NCBI RefSeq assembly: GCF_001194135.2
Contig: NC_069000.1
Coordinates: 9,481,984-9,545,983 of the forward strand
Length of the DNA: 64,000 bases
Source: Octopus bimaculoides
Lineage: Eukaryota
Reading direction: 5' to 3'
This document shows, piece after piece, positions 38,928-52,100 of the stretch. Below the pieces are notes generated by a model. The model did no database searches. It was given only the letters and a program-made list of their open reading frames with translations, and had not been told where the DNA came from. The position numbers and the translations under genes are program-made. Numbering within the stretch: position 1 is the first letter of the stretch; every line of letters begins with the position of its first letter.

Positions 38928-40459
38928 CTATTTTAACTTTTAAAATCTTTTATTTATTATTGCACAACTTCAGACCTAAAATAACTACAGTCACTATTTT
39001 GGTTGTTTTTTTTCTCCCTCCAGCTACTTACAGAATTGGGTATTTCATGGTGTTTGCAAAGATGAGTATGGTGAATTCATGATAAAGGTATCCGACAACA
39101 TCATCCAGCTAACAGGTATTTACTTTATTAACCTTTATTGTACTGGTTTGTTGTAAAATGTCAAATTAAAAATGTAAAAAAAAAAAACAATTAAAAACTC
39201 CCCAACATCCTTTCCACTAACCAAGTTAATGTATTCTAAATTTTACTACTTTGTTTCATAATTACCTCCAAAGTTAACTAATAACTTGATGTTTATTCAT
39301 TGATTGATTTTCATTCTAGGTAAAGAGAACTGGAATGAAGGTTTCCAGTTGCAGATTCCTTCAACTGCCAATGGTTTCTTTGAATTTTTATCTGGTATGT
39401 TTCATGACATCTTCACCTGTGGCCAGTCTCTCAATCTTATCCGAATTTGCAATCCTCAGGTATGGTAAACATTTTGGCAAGCATCTTATTTTTTTGGTTT
39501 TGATTTTAATTTTGCTGTCATAAAAAGGGTGTGTGTGTGTGTTTATATTCATTTCTTCATTTGTTTAACAACTGTTTTTCTATGCTTGCGAGAATCAGAT
39601 GGGAAGGGACTTGAAGTAGGATTTTTGTGGCAGGATGTTCCTCCTGTCAGCAACCCTTTCCTCTTTCTCAAGGAAGGGAATTTTAATTCCAGGGGAATTC
39701 AAAAGCACAGAGCTAACGGACGATTTTGTTGATAGGAAATGTTAAATGTATGTGTGTGTGTGTAAAGTAAAAGATCCCTTTCAGTCACAAATGACTGTGG
39801 GATTGCACTTAGAAAACTCCCCTCCAAGGACGTTTGTGGAAGACCAACAGTCACCCATGCATACCTGTCTTCCTTCTCGACACCACCGATGTTGTCCAAG
39901 GGAAAGGCAAAGGCCGTTACAGCTTTGCACCAGTGACATTGCAACTGATTTCTACAGCTGAGTGAACTGGAACAACATGAAATAAGTATCTTGCTCAAAA
40001 GTACAACATACAGCCTGGTCCAGGGATCAAACTTACAACCTCATGATTGTAAGCCCAGCACCCTAACCACTGAGCCATACACCTCCACATGTGTGTATAA
40101 GCAACATATTAGGCTGGCTGGAATTTCAAGTTTTTAAGATGCAAGAGGTGAAACTTAGCCTTCCAATCTTTTGGGATTCATAAAAATGGGCACCTGGGTG
40201 TGAAATTGTTAGACCATCAAATAAGATACCTTGTGATATTTGTTCCTGTTCTTAGGTGATAGATTTAATCCATTCTCCTGTTTAACACCAGCCCCTGTTC
40301 TTGGGTAACTTTAGTGATGTTTACTCTGTTTCAAACATTCAAGCCAGTTCTCTGGTTTGTGGGTAACTTCTTCCTCTTCTCTGACCAGTCTGAGAGACCC
40401 TGAACAAAGTAAAAGGGTCAGAGTAGAATCCCTCTCTCCCCACATAAATAGTAAAATAT

Positions 40460-40511
<52 letters not shown>

Positions 40512-41173
40512 ACACACACACACACACACACGTTTCCACTCAGTTCTTTCTCACAAATTTCCCTCACAAGGTATATTGAACAATCTGAAGATAAGGTAGG
40601 TGATATTTTACCCAAGATGTCACAGATTGGGACCAAACTAGAACCATTATCTTTTGACTGTCTTGTCATTCCTTCACCTTTGATCTTTCTCTCCATTCAG
40701 CACTTCATCTGCAATGTGAACAATAATGAAGTCCCTCAGATCCGCTTCTTCCATTCTAAAAATGAGTTGAAGTCTCTACAGCAGTACAGCCAGTGTTACT
40801 TCAGTCGTCTCCACCAGATAGCACGGCAGACTATGCAGGCCAGGTAACTGTCAATATTATACAAATGCTTACACACATGCGTACACACACAGTTCAACAT
40901 GTGCAACTGTTAATCCAGACACGTTTTTATTCTCTCCTTTGTTTTTCTTTCCTCATTTCTTTCTGTGGAAGAGCATAGGCCCAAAACATCAAGACTCTTC
41001 CATTTTCCCTGAGCACCAAACTATTGCACTTTGTTTGTTGTTCTTTCACTTGTTTCTCTCTTTTGCTTTTCGTACAATTTTGAACTGTATGCATACATGC
41101 ACACATACTCATGCATGCACCATGCAGTTTGGCAGATCATGCAGCCAAGGTAACTTGATATTATAAAGCTAGT

Positions 41174-41266
<93 letters not shown>

Positions 41267-44200
41267 CTTTATTTATCAAATCGTTTATTATATATAATTC
41301 AGTTAATTTCCAAATCAGCATATTTGATGTTGACCTTTTGTTCCCGGTTGTTTTAGGCTAGAACGCAAGGACAAGTTGATCCAGATGAAGAAAGATTTAG
41401 CTGCCAAAGCACAGGAGATGGCTGCCTCTGAACTGAAGAGGATTAACAGTAAGTATATTTTTCTATTTCCTTTCTCGCTCCCCTTCCTAAGTGTTTCCAG
41501 ATCCATCTGATTATCATGGACATAGGTACAGCTGTGTAGTTGAGAAGTTTACTTTGGAACCATGTGATGCCTGGTTGTTTGGTGCCACTGCACAGCATCT
41601 TGGACAAGTAACTTCTACTCTAGAATCCGGTTGATCAATGCTTTGTGAGCGACATATATTAACTGATCCCATAAATGTTCTCTACCCCTTTTAGTATATG
41701 AATAAGTCCTTTGTTTGCTGGGGTCATGCATCTGTCGTCTTGTTTCCAGAAAAACAAACTCTGCCTCTTCATTAATGGCATGTCAGTCTCAGAGAATCCT
41801 TGATTCTTGGGATTATCTTCCCTTCTTATTTGGTGGAATCACTTGCAATCATTGTGTGAATAACTGTAAAATGGTTATTAGGTTATTATGCTTTCCTTGA
41901 TTGGGTTATTACGCTTTCCTTCATTATTTTCTCGATTGGGTCATTACATTTTCCTTGAGTGGGTTATTACGCTTCCCAGTATTTGGTTATTTCCTTGATT
42001 GGGTAAGTTGGTTGACTTTTATAAATAAGAGATTGTCATTCGTGGGACCTTAAAAATTGTTTATTGTCTTTTCTTTCTAAACTTTCAGCTGAATTAGAGA
42101 ATATAAAGAAATTACAGCAAGAGAAAAAGAAAAAAGAATTTCAGTTCCTCAAAGAACAAATGGAAGAAGCTCAGCTTGTGAGTCGTATATTTTGTTGGTT
42201 TCATTTAGCTAACAATGCTATTGTTTTAAAACTTTCCATATTATAGGCACAAGAGTGGCTGTGTGGAATTACCTTTATTTTTTTTCTCCATATTTTATAG
42301 AGAAAGCTGAAGGAGAAAGAGATGAGGAAGAAAGCTGATGAGTTGTCTGAAAAAGAAGAGTCTCTCATGAAGGCAAAGGCCGAGATGGAAGCTGAAATCA
42401 AGTGAGGGGAATGTTTCTTGTTCTGCACTAGTTTAATTGCAACAACCTGCCCTCTTTCCCTTCACCACCACCACCAGCATTATCAGTCATCACCATTGTT
42501 AGCCATTGCCTCCATTATCTCACCACCGTTTCCTCTTTGTCATTAGAACTTAACCACCACCAACACTATCATCTCCATCACCACCACCATTGCAATTACC
42601 TCTTCTGTTATCAACAGCTGTCATCACTACCATCACTACCATTACCACAACAAAAATCACCACCACCACCACCATCATTACTTATTATCACTGTTACCTT
42701 CACCTCTACTATTGCCAATCACTGTCTCTAAACTCTCAGTTGGAAATCACCCAAAACTTTAGCTTCATGTCTTCCAACATTGTTACACTACATTATATGA
42801 TTCTGGGTTCAATCTCACTATTGCCTTGTGAGGGGCATTTGGTTGATAGTCACTCTGCAGAAGCCCATCACACATGTGTATAAATACGACCTTCTACTTA
42901 TTTATTCAGCTCAAGATGCATAGATAAAAGGTAAAATTGTCTTCTTGATTCATGCCAACTCACAAGGACCGGGTTCTCGGTTTTCATGGCGTATAAATTC
43001 TCCACCTGGAGACTGAACCTGAAACTACACAGTCATGCCTGCACCTATTTTTGAACACAATGTGAGAAATTCCTCAAATGAGCCAAACACATGAGCTGGC
43101 TCTCATGTTTTTTAATTTGTTTAATTACAGAGAGAAGATCAAGCGCCATTATGCTGACCTGAGTGAACAGGCTGCACTGAGGGAAGAGCGGGCCCTGTGG
43201 AATGTACGGCGAGTACGGTTGAATGATCAGCGGATGGAATTTCTGAAGGCAGAGGAACGTAAATGGAAAACTGTAATGGAAGAATGGAAGTCAAAGCAAA
43301 CAAAGGTTTGTCAAAGCAGTCTTTCGTTAATTACTATTCAAATTGTAAAAGTAGACATTTTCAAATATTCATCTCCTTGGTACAAAATTTACCATTATTC
43401 ATCATCATCATTTTAATGTCCACTTTTCCATGCTTGCATGGGCCAGACAGAATTTCTTGTGGCAGATTTTCTATGGTCAGATGTCCTTATCATTTCTAAC
43501 CTTCACCTGTTTCCTTGTAAGGTAGTATTTCCCATGGCTGGGCATGTTTCCATCGAAGACTGGAAATGAAGGACACCACTTATATGATGGTGACACTTGT
43601 TTACAACTACCACACAATATCCAGTCAAGGAAACGCTAACACACACTAACTCAGAGAGAGAGAGGTATCTTTCAGTTTCCGCCTGACATTATGAGTTAAG
43701 CCAAAAACACTTCCTCTGATATAGAAATTGCTAAACAAATATTTCATTGGATTGGTGTGAAGTGTTCAAATCCTGTTATAGACTTGGGGAAATTAATAGG
43801 AACCCATGTCAGATTGTACTTTAAAAGAAGTTGTCTAAAAGGCTTTGGTTGGCCCAAGGCTATAGCAGAAGACACTTGCCCAAAGTGTCACACAGTGTGA
43901 CTGAATCTGAAACTATGTGGTTGGGAAATAAAATTCTTACTACACAGCCATTCCTGCGCCTATAATTTACCAATTTCTATATCAAAACATTTTTGGCTTA
44001 GCTCTCAATGTGCAGGATATTTGTCACCAGCCATTAAAATAATTGTTTTAAGAAGAAAAAAAAGGTTCATCTACTCTAGACTTCTAAGATAAGAATTTTG
44101 CATTGGTTAAAAAAGATCCTGTTTCAGTTAAAGTCTTGAATGGTTTTTGTTTATTTTTGTTGTTGATGTATTTGTAGGATGACAACGTAGATGGCATTGC

Positions 44201-46122
44201 AATACTGCCACAGGAACTGGACCCTAATCTCCCACAGTGGGCCAAATCTGCCTTAACTACTGCACGTACAAGCCAGGAAGCGGAACTTCATGTCGACCCA
44301 AATCTTCCATCTTGGGCCAGACATGGTGACAGCAAACCCCTAATGACCATTGTTGACGATGCTGATAGAGAGGAAGAAAAAGAAGATTCTCCATCACTTC
44401 CCATTGCTAAAGTACTGTCTGAAGAGAAACTACCATCTTGGGCCAAAAAGGGTATTTCTTCTGTTGATGGAGTTGTGAAAGGTCATTTTGTTTTTAATTT
44501 CTATATTTGAAGCATGCATGTTAATGATTTAACTCTATTAAAATATAGTCATTTCTAACAAGGACACAAAGTGTCATCTTTTTAGAAGTACAGTTATTTA
44601 TTTTATCACATCTAAGAAGAGTGAAAGTCTATAGATTGACATGAGAGGTTGTTGATATGTATAGCAATGTAATATCTGTATGTGTAATAATGTAAATACA
44701 TGTATACATTGTGTGTATTTATATATATATATATATTATTGTATTTGCAGATATTCCTCTTGGTTTTGGTGAAACTGGCGACACAGTCACTAAACAAAAG
44801 ACAGCTGGTGTCCAATATCCTCAAAAGCCTGAAGCTGGAGACCAGTTGATCTATTCCAATATCTTTAAAACAAACTCAACCAATACAGATTCTGGAATCA
44901 AATCTGTTGATCAACAAACTCTAACAGCAAGCAAACCTATTTCTCCGCCCGAAGAACAGCCACTGGTTTCTCATAGAAAGCAAGTTGAAGGCCATTCAAT
45001 CACTAAGGAGAGTTCTGCTACCTCTGAAGTTGATCAGGTGACTTTACATAGGAAACAGGTGGAGGATCAGTCTATATCTAAAGAGAGTGATCCTACTTCC
45101 GGAGGAGATGTAATAATTCCGCATAAAAAACAAGTGGAGGATCAGTCTATATCGAAAGAAAGCTCAGCTACCTCTGGAGGAGATACGATAATCCCACACA
45201 AAAAACAAGTGGAGGATCAGTCTATATCTAAAGAGAGCTCAACTACCTCTGGNNNNNNNNNNCTGGAGGAGATACGATAATCCCACACAAAAAACAAGTG
45301 GAGGATCAGTCTATATCTAAAGAGAGCTCAACTACCTCTGGAGGAGAGGTAGTAATCCCACATAAAAAGCAAGTAGACGATCAATTTGTGTCTAAGGAGA
45401 GTATAACTACCTCCGGAGGAGATACAGTAATACCACGTAGAAAACAAGTGATGGATCAGTCCGTATCCAAAGAAAGTTCAGCTATTTCGAGAGGTGATGT
45501 TGTGATCCCTCATAGAAAATGGGTTGAGAATCAATCAATATCAAAGGAAAATTCTGGTTTCCTTCCCGAGGCACAAGTTGTCCATCGAAGAAAGAGTGTG
45601 GACAATCAGGGCATCCATCAACAGACGTACGACATGTCCCCCACTGACTTGGTTGTTCACAGAAAGAAAAAAGTCCCAAACCAATCTGTCACCCAGGAGT
45701 CATCTGAATCAACATTGAACTACAGACATTCAGGCATTTTCATCTCACCAGCTCTCATTGGACATGGTTACTATGAATTTGAACTTCCCGTTTTGAAGCA
45801 ACCCAAAGATCTGTATGCTCAGGAAACTGATATGAAAGATTTCTCCATTCGACGACAGAGTGGAGTTTTCCTGTCTGATGACCTCCCGGTTGTCAGCTCC
45901 AGTTTAACATGTGAGTATTTCACAAACTTCTTTTTTTGTTTTCACTTTACTTTTTTTTTTACTTGCTTCAGTCTGTGGATTGTGGCTATGCTGGAGCGCT
46001 GCTTTGTTGGCTTCAGTCAAACAACCTGACCCCGTACTTATTTTTTAAAGTCTGGTACTTATTTTATCAATCTCTTTTGCCAAACTGCTACCAAACACCA
46101 CCCTTATCAAGTGGTTGGTAAG

Positions 46123-46154
<32 letters not shown>

Positions 46155-49100
46155 ATTGACATGGCCATGTGGTAAGAAGTTTGATTCCCAGCCATATGGT
46201 TCCAGGTTCAGTCCAGCTGGATAGCACTTTGGGCAAATGTCTGCTGCCCCAAGCCAACCAAAGCATTGTGAGTGGATTTGGTAGATGGAAACCTAAAAAA
46301 AAGAAAAACCCATCGTGTGTGTGTGTGTGTCTCTTGAAATTGTGGATGAGTGTCACTGTCATAGTGCAGTGTCATTTGTGCATGGGTGGTGCATTTACAT
46401 GGCACCAGCACCCACAAGCTCGCAAGGTTAGGAATGCTCAGCTGGAGAGGGATGCAGGGGACAGCCTGTATGCAAGGATAACCATGGTTTAACTTAACTT
46501 GATGGGTCTTTTCAAGCACAGCAAACTGCCAGGAACACACACACACACACACACACACATACATGTGTATCACTACTTGGTGTTTGGCTGTGTACCTTAA
46601 GATATTTGTTTGTTCTAATTTACATAACTGCACACTCACATACACACACATGTACATTTACAAAGTAAGCAGGCGTCCTCTTATGTTGCATTTGAATTTT
46701 TTGTATTTTTATTTTTTGCTGTTTTTACTATTCCAGAAAGGAAAGGACAAGTCCATAGCCAGTCCATGACTTCTCCATTGGTGTATGGTTTATAACAATG
46801 TCCCTTTTCTACCCCTGGTTTTGTTTCTTCTCTTCCAATCAGCCCAACCTCCACAAGTGAAGACACACAACAAAATGTCCAGTACAATGTCAGCAACAAC
46901 AGAATCTGAACCAACAGATGACGATGCCAGCAAGAGAGCCCGCTTCAAGCAGAGGAACATACACGGTCATTCTTCAGATTCGACAATCCAAAAACTGCTG
47001 TATGGCAGAAAGACCAGTTCCTCACCTGAGAATCAACCGAATGTCGATAACGAAGAGGATAGAATAGGTAAGTAGCTCTAGTATAATGTAAACAAAGAAA
47101 CAACTCAGGGTGGTCAGTGGTATTTATTTGACCAACATATATAAATGTAGGTATGTCAAATACCATACAACATAAACTTTTAAAATTAATAAATGTCTCT
47201 CCTGAATAAGTCTCAAAACTTCTGGAATACACCTTGTATATACATAACATGCATGCATTTGCCATAAACATATATACACACATATACATACTCATACTGT
47301 TATAATTCGCCTCCTCCTGTCACTTTAATATTTCCGTTTTTGTAGGTCCAGCAGAAGGGTTTGAAGCCATGTTCAAGTCTTGGAAGGAATCTTTCACGGA
47401 ACCTTATGACTGTTCTTTTAACTTTGGTAAGTCTTTTAGTTTATGTCATTTCTTAAGACTTTGTGACTGAATTACAAGTCATTACATAGATTAGCTTTGG
47501 TAACTGTTCGTATGGTACAGTGGTTGTGTAGTTGTGATACTGGGGTACTAACTATAAAGATGTGTTCAATCAATCTGTAGTCTACAGTTACCAAAAAGGA
47601 ACCAAAATAGTAATAAAACAAAATTCTACTTATTATATCTATTCCACTTAGAAAAATAATTCTGTTCCTGATCGTAAAAAAATGTTATTGTGATAGTCGA
47701 AGTTATGTTAGTTTTTGGTTGGCAGTGGTATAACTGGTACCATTGTGTGTGTGTTTTCCTTATCACTGCTTGACAACTGGAGTTGGTGTGTTTATGTTCC
47801 TGTAACTTAGAGTTTCGGCAGATAAGACTGATAGGTTTAAAAAGGTACGTACTGGAGTCAATTCGTTCTGAAGGTACGTACTGGAGTAATTACCATTCAT
47901 TGACTGATAATATATAACAGACATCATTTACTTTTTATTTCCTTTCAGAAAGTGGCCATTTGCTGAATATTGGTGGTAATTTGAACCAGATAGCATCTGG
48001 TAGATCAGGTATCAGTTCAAAAGCATCTGTTGAAGATTTAGAAGCGTATCACCAATCTCCTTTATCAGTTCTTATTCAACAGTCTATCCAGAATCCTTTG
48101 ATGGATCAGTAAGTATACAATTATTAAATGATTTACCTTATGTATTTTCAAACATAGACTCATGGAAATTGTTTTATTTTGTAACTTAACTCAATTTACG
48201 CTTGTTATCATAATTTCAAATTGCTACACACTCTCCTCTTGCCTACTATACTTGACTCTCTCTCTCTCTTTCCCTCTCTCGCCCCGCTCTCTCCCTCTCT
48301 CTCTCTTTCCCTCTCTCGCCCCGCTCTCTCCCTCTCTCTCTCTTTCGCCCCGCTCTCTCCCTCTCTCTCATATTTAGACGTAGATACCATTTGAACGTTT
48401 CATTATTGTGATTCTTTAACAGAGAACAACCAGTGATTAATTGTTGCATTTAATTTAATTTGAAAATCATAAAATGTAATCTTGCATGTATGGATGTATG
48501 GGAGATCAACTCCACCTATCTCTCAGCTGTTTCTAAATCGGACCTGCTCTCTGTCTGACCATTTCATCTCAGCACTAACGATCCAATACCCTTAAAATAA
48601 TTATGATGATGATGATGATGATACATTCACTATTTTGCAGAATCAAGCTTGTGAACAAATGTGCCTTAGACTACTTTTTAACCGAATTATCCATTGAGGA
48701 ACACTTCTCAGCAATGTGGCGTTATCTTATCATGGGTGAAGGAGACTTTGCTTTCAATCTTACCAGTTTACTTTTCGAAAAGGTGACTTTTTCATTATAC
48801 TTCTTTGTTTTACAATTCCTCGTCGATGCCATTTAGTGTCCATTTTCCATGCTGGCAGTTTGATTGATAATGGTAAGCCAGAGAACCGTACCAGGTTCCA
48901 ATCTGAGAGGATGGAAAGTAAAGTTGGCCTTGGTGGCATTTGAGCTCCAAGTGTAAAGACAGACGAAATGCTGCTATGCATTTTGCCCGGCATGCAATCA
49001 ATTCTGCTAGCTCACCACTCTAACTGTGGGAAATATTACCTTGCTCAGAAACAGGTGAGGGTTAGTGACAGGAAGGGCATCCTACCATAGAAAATCTACT

Positions 49101-52100
49101 TCAACAAATTCCATCTGACCCATGCAAGTATAGAAAAGTAGATGTTGAATGATGATTTTCTTAGTATTTTTCCTGTCTTTATATTTTAGTGAAATAATCT
49201 CTTGCTCCCTTTTTTTGTCTTTCCAGCTCTCCATGAACCCACATCCTAATGAGATCCTCAACCCTATCTTTCTAAACAGCATCATGAATCAGGCTTTTAA
49301 ATGTTCTATTTCTGCTGAAGATAAATACATCAAAAACCTCAGCTTTGAAATCACCAAAGATTCTTCATCAACTGTGAAAGACGGTAAGTTTCCTCTACTG
49401 AATTTCTTTCTTGAACTTTCTCATCTCGTAGCAAGTTGCTATGAGATGAGGCAAATGGTACACTTTCAATACCAGAGATATTGTTTTCAGTTGTGTTTGT
49501 TAATTTGTTTGTCCGTGGACAAGATATCTCAAGAACTGCTGGATGGATTTGGATGAAACTTTCAGGGATGTTTGGCTTTGTGACTGGCATGAACTGATTA
49601 GATTTTGGGATCGATCCAGTACTGGACAAGGATTCTGAATTATTTTTCCTTTTATTTTTTTTTTTATGTAATTTTTGAAAGTGATCAGGTTCATTTTTAG
49701 TATTCTCGTTTGTGAGAGCAGTTGAGTTTCAGATATTCTCGTTTTAAAAATCAACTCCGGCTAATCATTGAGAGGATGTTGGTGTTGCCTTGATGGGGAT
49801 TTGCACTCTCTGAGTGTTATAAATTAATTCATGTTGTCCATGATGTGTAAAATAATTTTTTCTCTTATAGATGCCAAAATATTGGAATGTTTAAATCTTG
49901 CATACAAGGTAGGCTAAACTATTTTATTATTCTTCATTCTGAAATCTTTCTGTTTTTATATTGTCTTGGAGGTGATAGTTGACTGAGTTTAATTTGTTTT
50001 TGTTAATATTGACCAGTATAGCTTTAGTTAAGCTATATGTGAAATAACAACTGACAGTGATTTTGTTGAACTGTTTTTTTAATATGTGTCAAACGTTTAC
50101 AAATGTGAGGAAGTGTAATCCATCCTTAAAGGCCTAGGGCTTGTTATCCGCCTCACCAGAAGTCCTTCAATAACTCGTCTGTAGTTAAAGTCCTTGTATG
50201 GCTTTTACAAGCCCATGGGCAATGCCCTAAATCAGTTTTGCAAGGCATTATTCAAAGCATTGAGATGATTAATGTGTGAAACATTATTTCCCCATTTTTG
50301 CTAATTTTGGCATGACTTTTGACAATATATTGTGAAGGTGCATGAAACCTAGTGGTTAAGATGTTGCACTTTTGCTCAATAAGTTCATAGGTTCAATTTC
50401 CAGATCAAGTACTATATTGCACTCTTGAGCAAAATACTTCATTTCATGTTGCTTGAGTCCACTCAGCTGTAAATGAGTTCCAGCAATAACTGGGAAGTTT
50501 ATCCTGCAATAGACCAGCATCTCATTCCAGGGTAGAATGTTGTAGTGTCACTCATTTATATGCCATGGAAATCAGGTTAGCCCTATCATGTTGTGTTCCT
50601 GGTATAGCAGGGATAGTCTAAAGGTAATATCTAATAGATTCCCATTAAAGTAGTAATGAACAACAAGAAGGTAAAATACTAAAAAATAGACAAGCGATCA
50701 CATTGCAACTTTGCAGTCAAATGTGTTTATGACTCATTGTTAATGGTGTCTCCCATAGCTGTTGTTTACTTTTGTTTTTAATAAGGAAAAATATAGATTT
50801 TGTGTACTGGGTACTTTTTTCATGAGATCTATCCTAGTGAAGTCACCAAATAACTTAGAAGACAAAATATAAAAAAAGAAAATGAAAAGCCCATGACTGA
50901 GTGGGAGTTTATACCTTAACTATGTATCCTATCTAGAAACCCCAAATCCCTCCAGATCAACTGAAGATAATAATGCTTTATGAAAAAACACTGTTGTAGT
51001 AAAACAATATCACATTACTTGAGTAACAATAGACTGTTCTGTTCCCTTTGTAGGTTGATTGGCCCCTAAATATCATCATCAACAAGGAGTGTCACCGAAA
51101 ATATCGGCAACTCTATCTATTTCTGCTCCAACTTCGCTATGCTATGTGGCTTTTGGAACAGATTTGGCGCCAACTGAAACGAGATGGTAAGTGTTGCTAG
51201 ACTTTTTCTCCTCCTCCTCTTCATCCTCCTTTTATGTCACTGCATACAAACAACATTGGCACGCGACAGTGTTTTATAGTAATTAATAGCAACAGATGCA
51301 GTATTAATACCAAAAGGTAATATTTATCCCTATTTAAAAGTTGATATTGTGTCACAGAATACTGTGTTGTTTACCATGAAAGAACCTCTCACATGGAGTT
51401 GTGGTGCATATAAGCACTCATGGTTATATCGCTAGCACGAGATAATCCTCCACCATCACTGCTGGGACTCCAGATGACATGATTTCAGCTTTCCTTGGCT
51501 TTGTGCTCCAATGTTTGTTTTATAATATTCCTGTCTAATATAATTGACATGTTAATTTATTAATTGTTTTTCCTCACTTGATTGTGTTTGTGTCTTTTGC
51601 AGCAATGGTGAACCATGTACCTCACTTCAGTAGGGAGACACAGTTCCATAGGGTCCAAACATTTGGGTTTGTATAAAATTTTCACGGTTTCTCTCCTTTA
51701 CTTTCTTTCTCTAAAACTGGGCAACAGCTCTGAAGTCATTTTGCAGCTGGTTCTTGCAGGTAGATGTGCTTTGTAGAGAGACTCAGTATAAAAAATGCAC
51801 TCCAGTTGCAGCAGGGCACATACAAGAAAAAGGTTTTTAGCGCTTTAAAGCAAAATCAGCTTATGGAGGACCCAACTTTGCGTATAGGACTCGAGGTAGT
51901 TTCGTTGAGATATTTTTTTGGAAAATGTATAATGCCATCAAATATGGCCTATACAATATGGTAAATGATAGACTGTGTGCGATGAACTTATTTTTGCCTT
52001 AAACTCTCCATCAGTCATATAGAGGCCATGATCATTTTTGATGGGTGAGTAAAATCTTATTAAATGTCTGAGACGAGTCAAAATTTGCTATCAACTTTTG

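Larger units (their letters stand above)
450..45262. other. Assembly gaps (N runs): 450-1117, 5784-6498, 11557-11765, 17148-17316, 22103-22567, 24860-24869, 45253-45262
   Basis: N runs in the sequence; most abut microsatellites or tandem repeats. Confidence 0.98.

Noticed and set aside
45253-45298. Apparent frameshift or stop in TUBGCP6 exon 22 (possible pseudogene)
   Set aside because: The frame change coincides with a 10-N gap between near-identical 75-bp units, and all other exons are intact.
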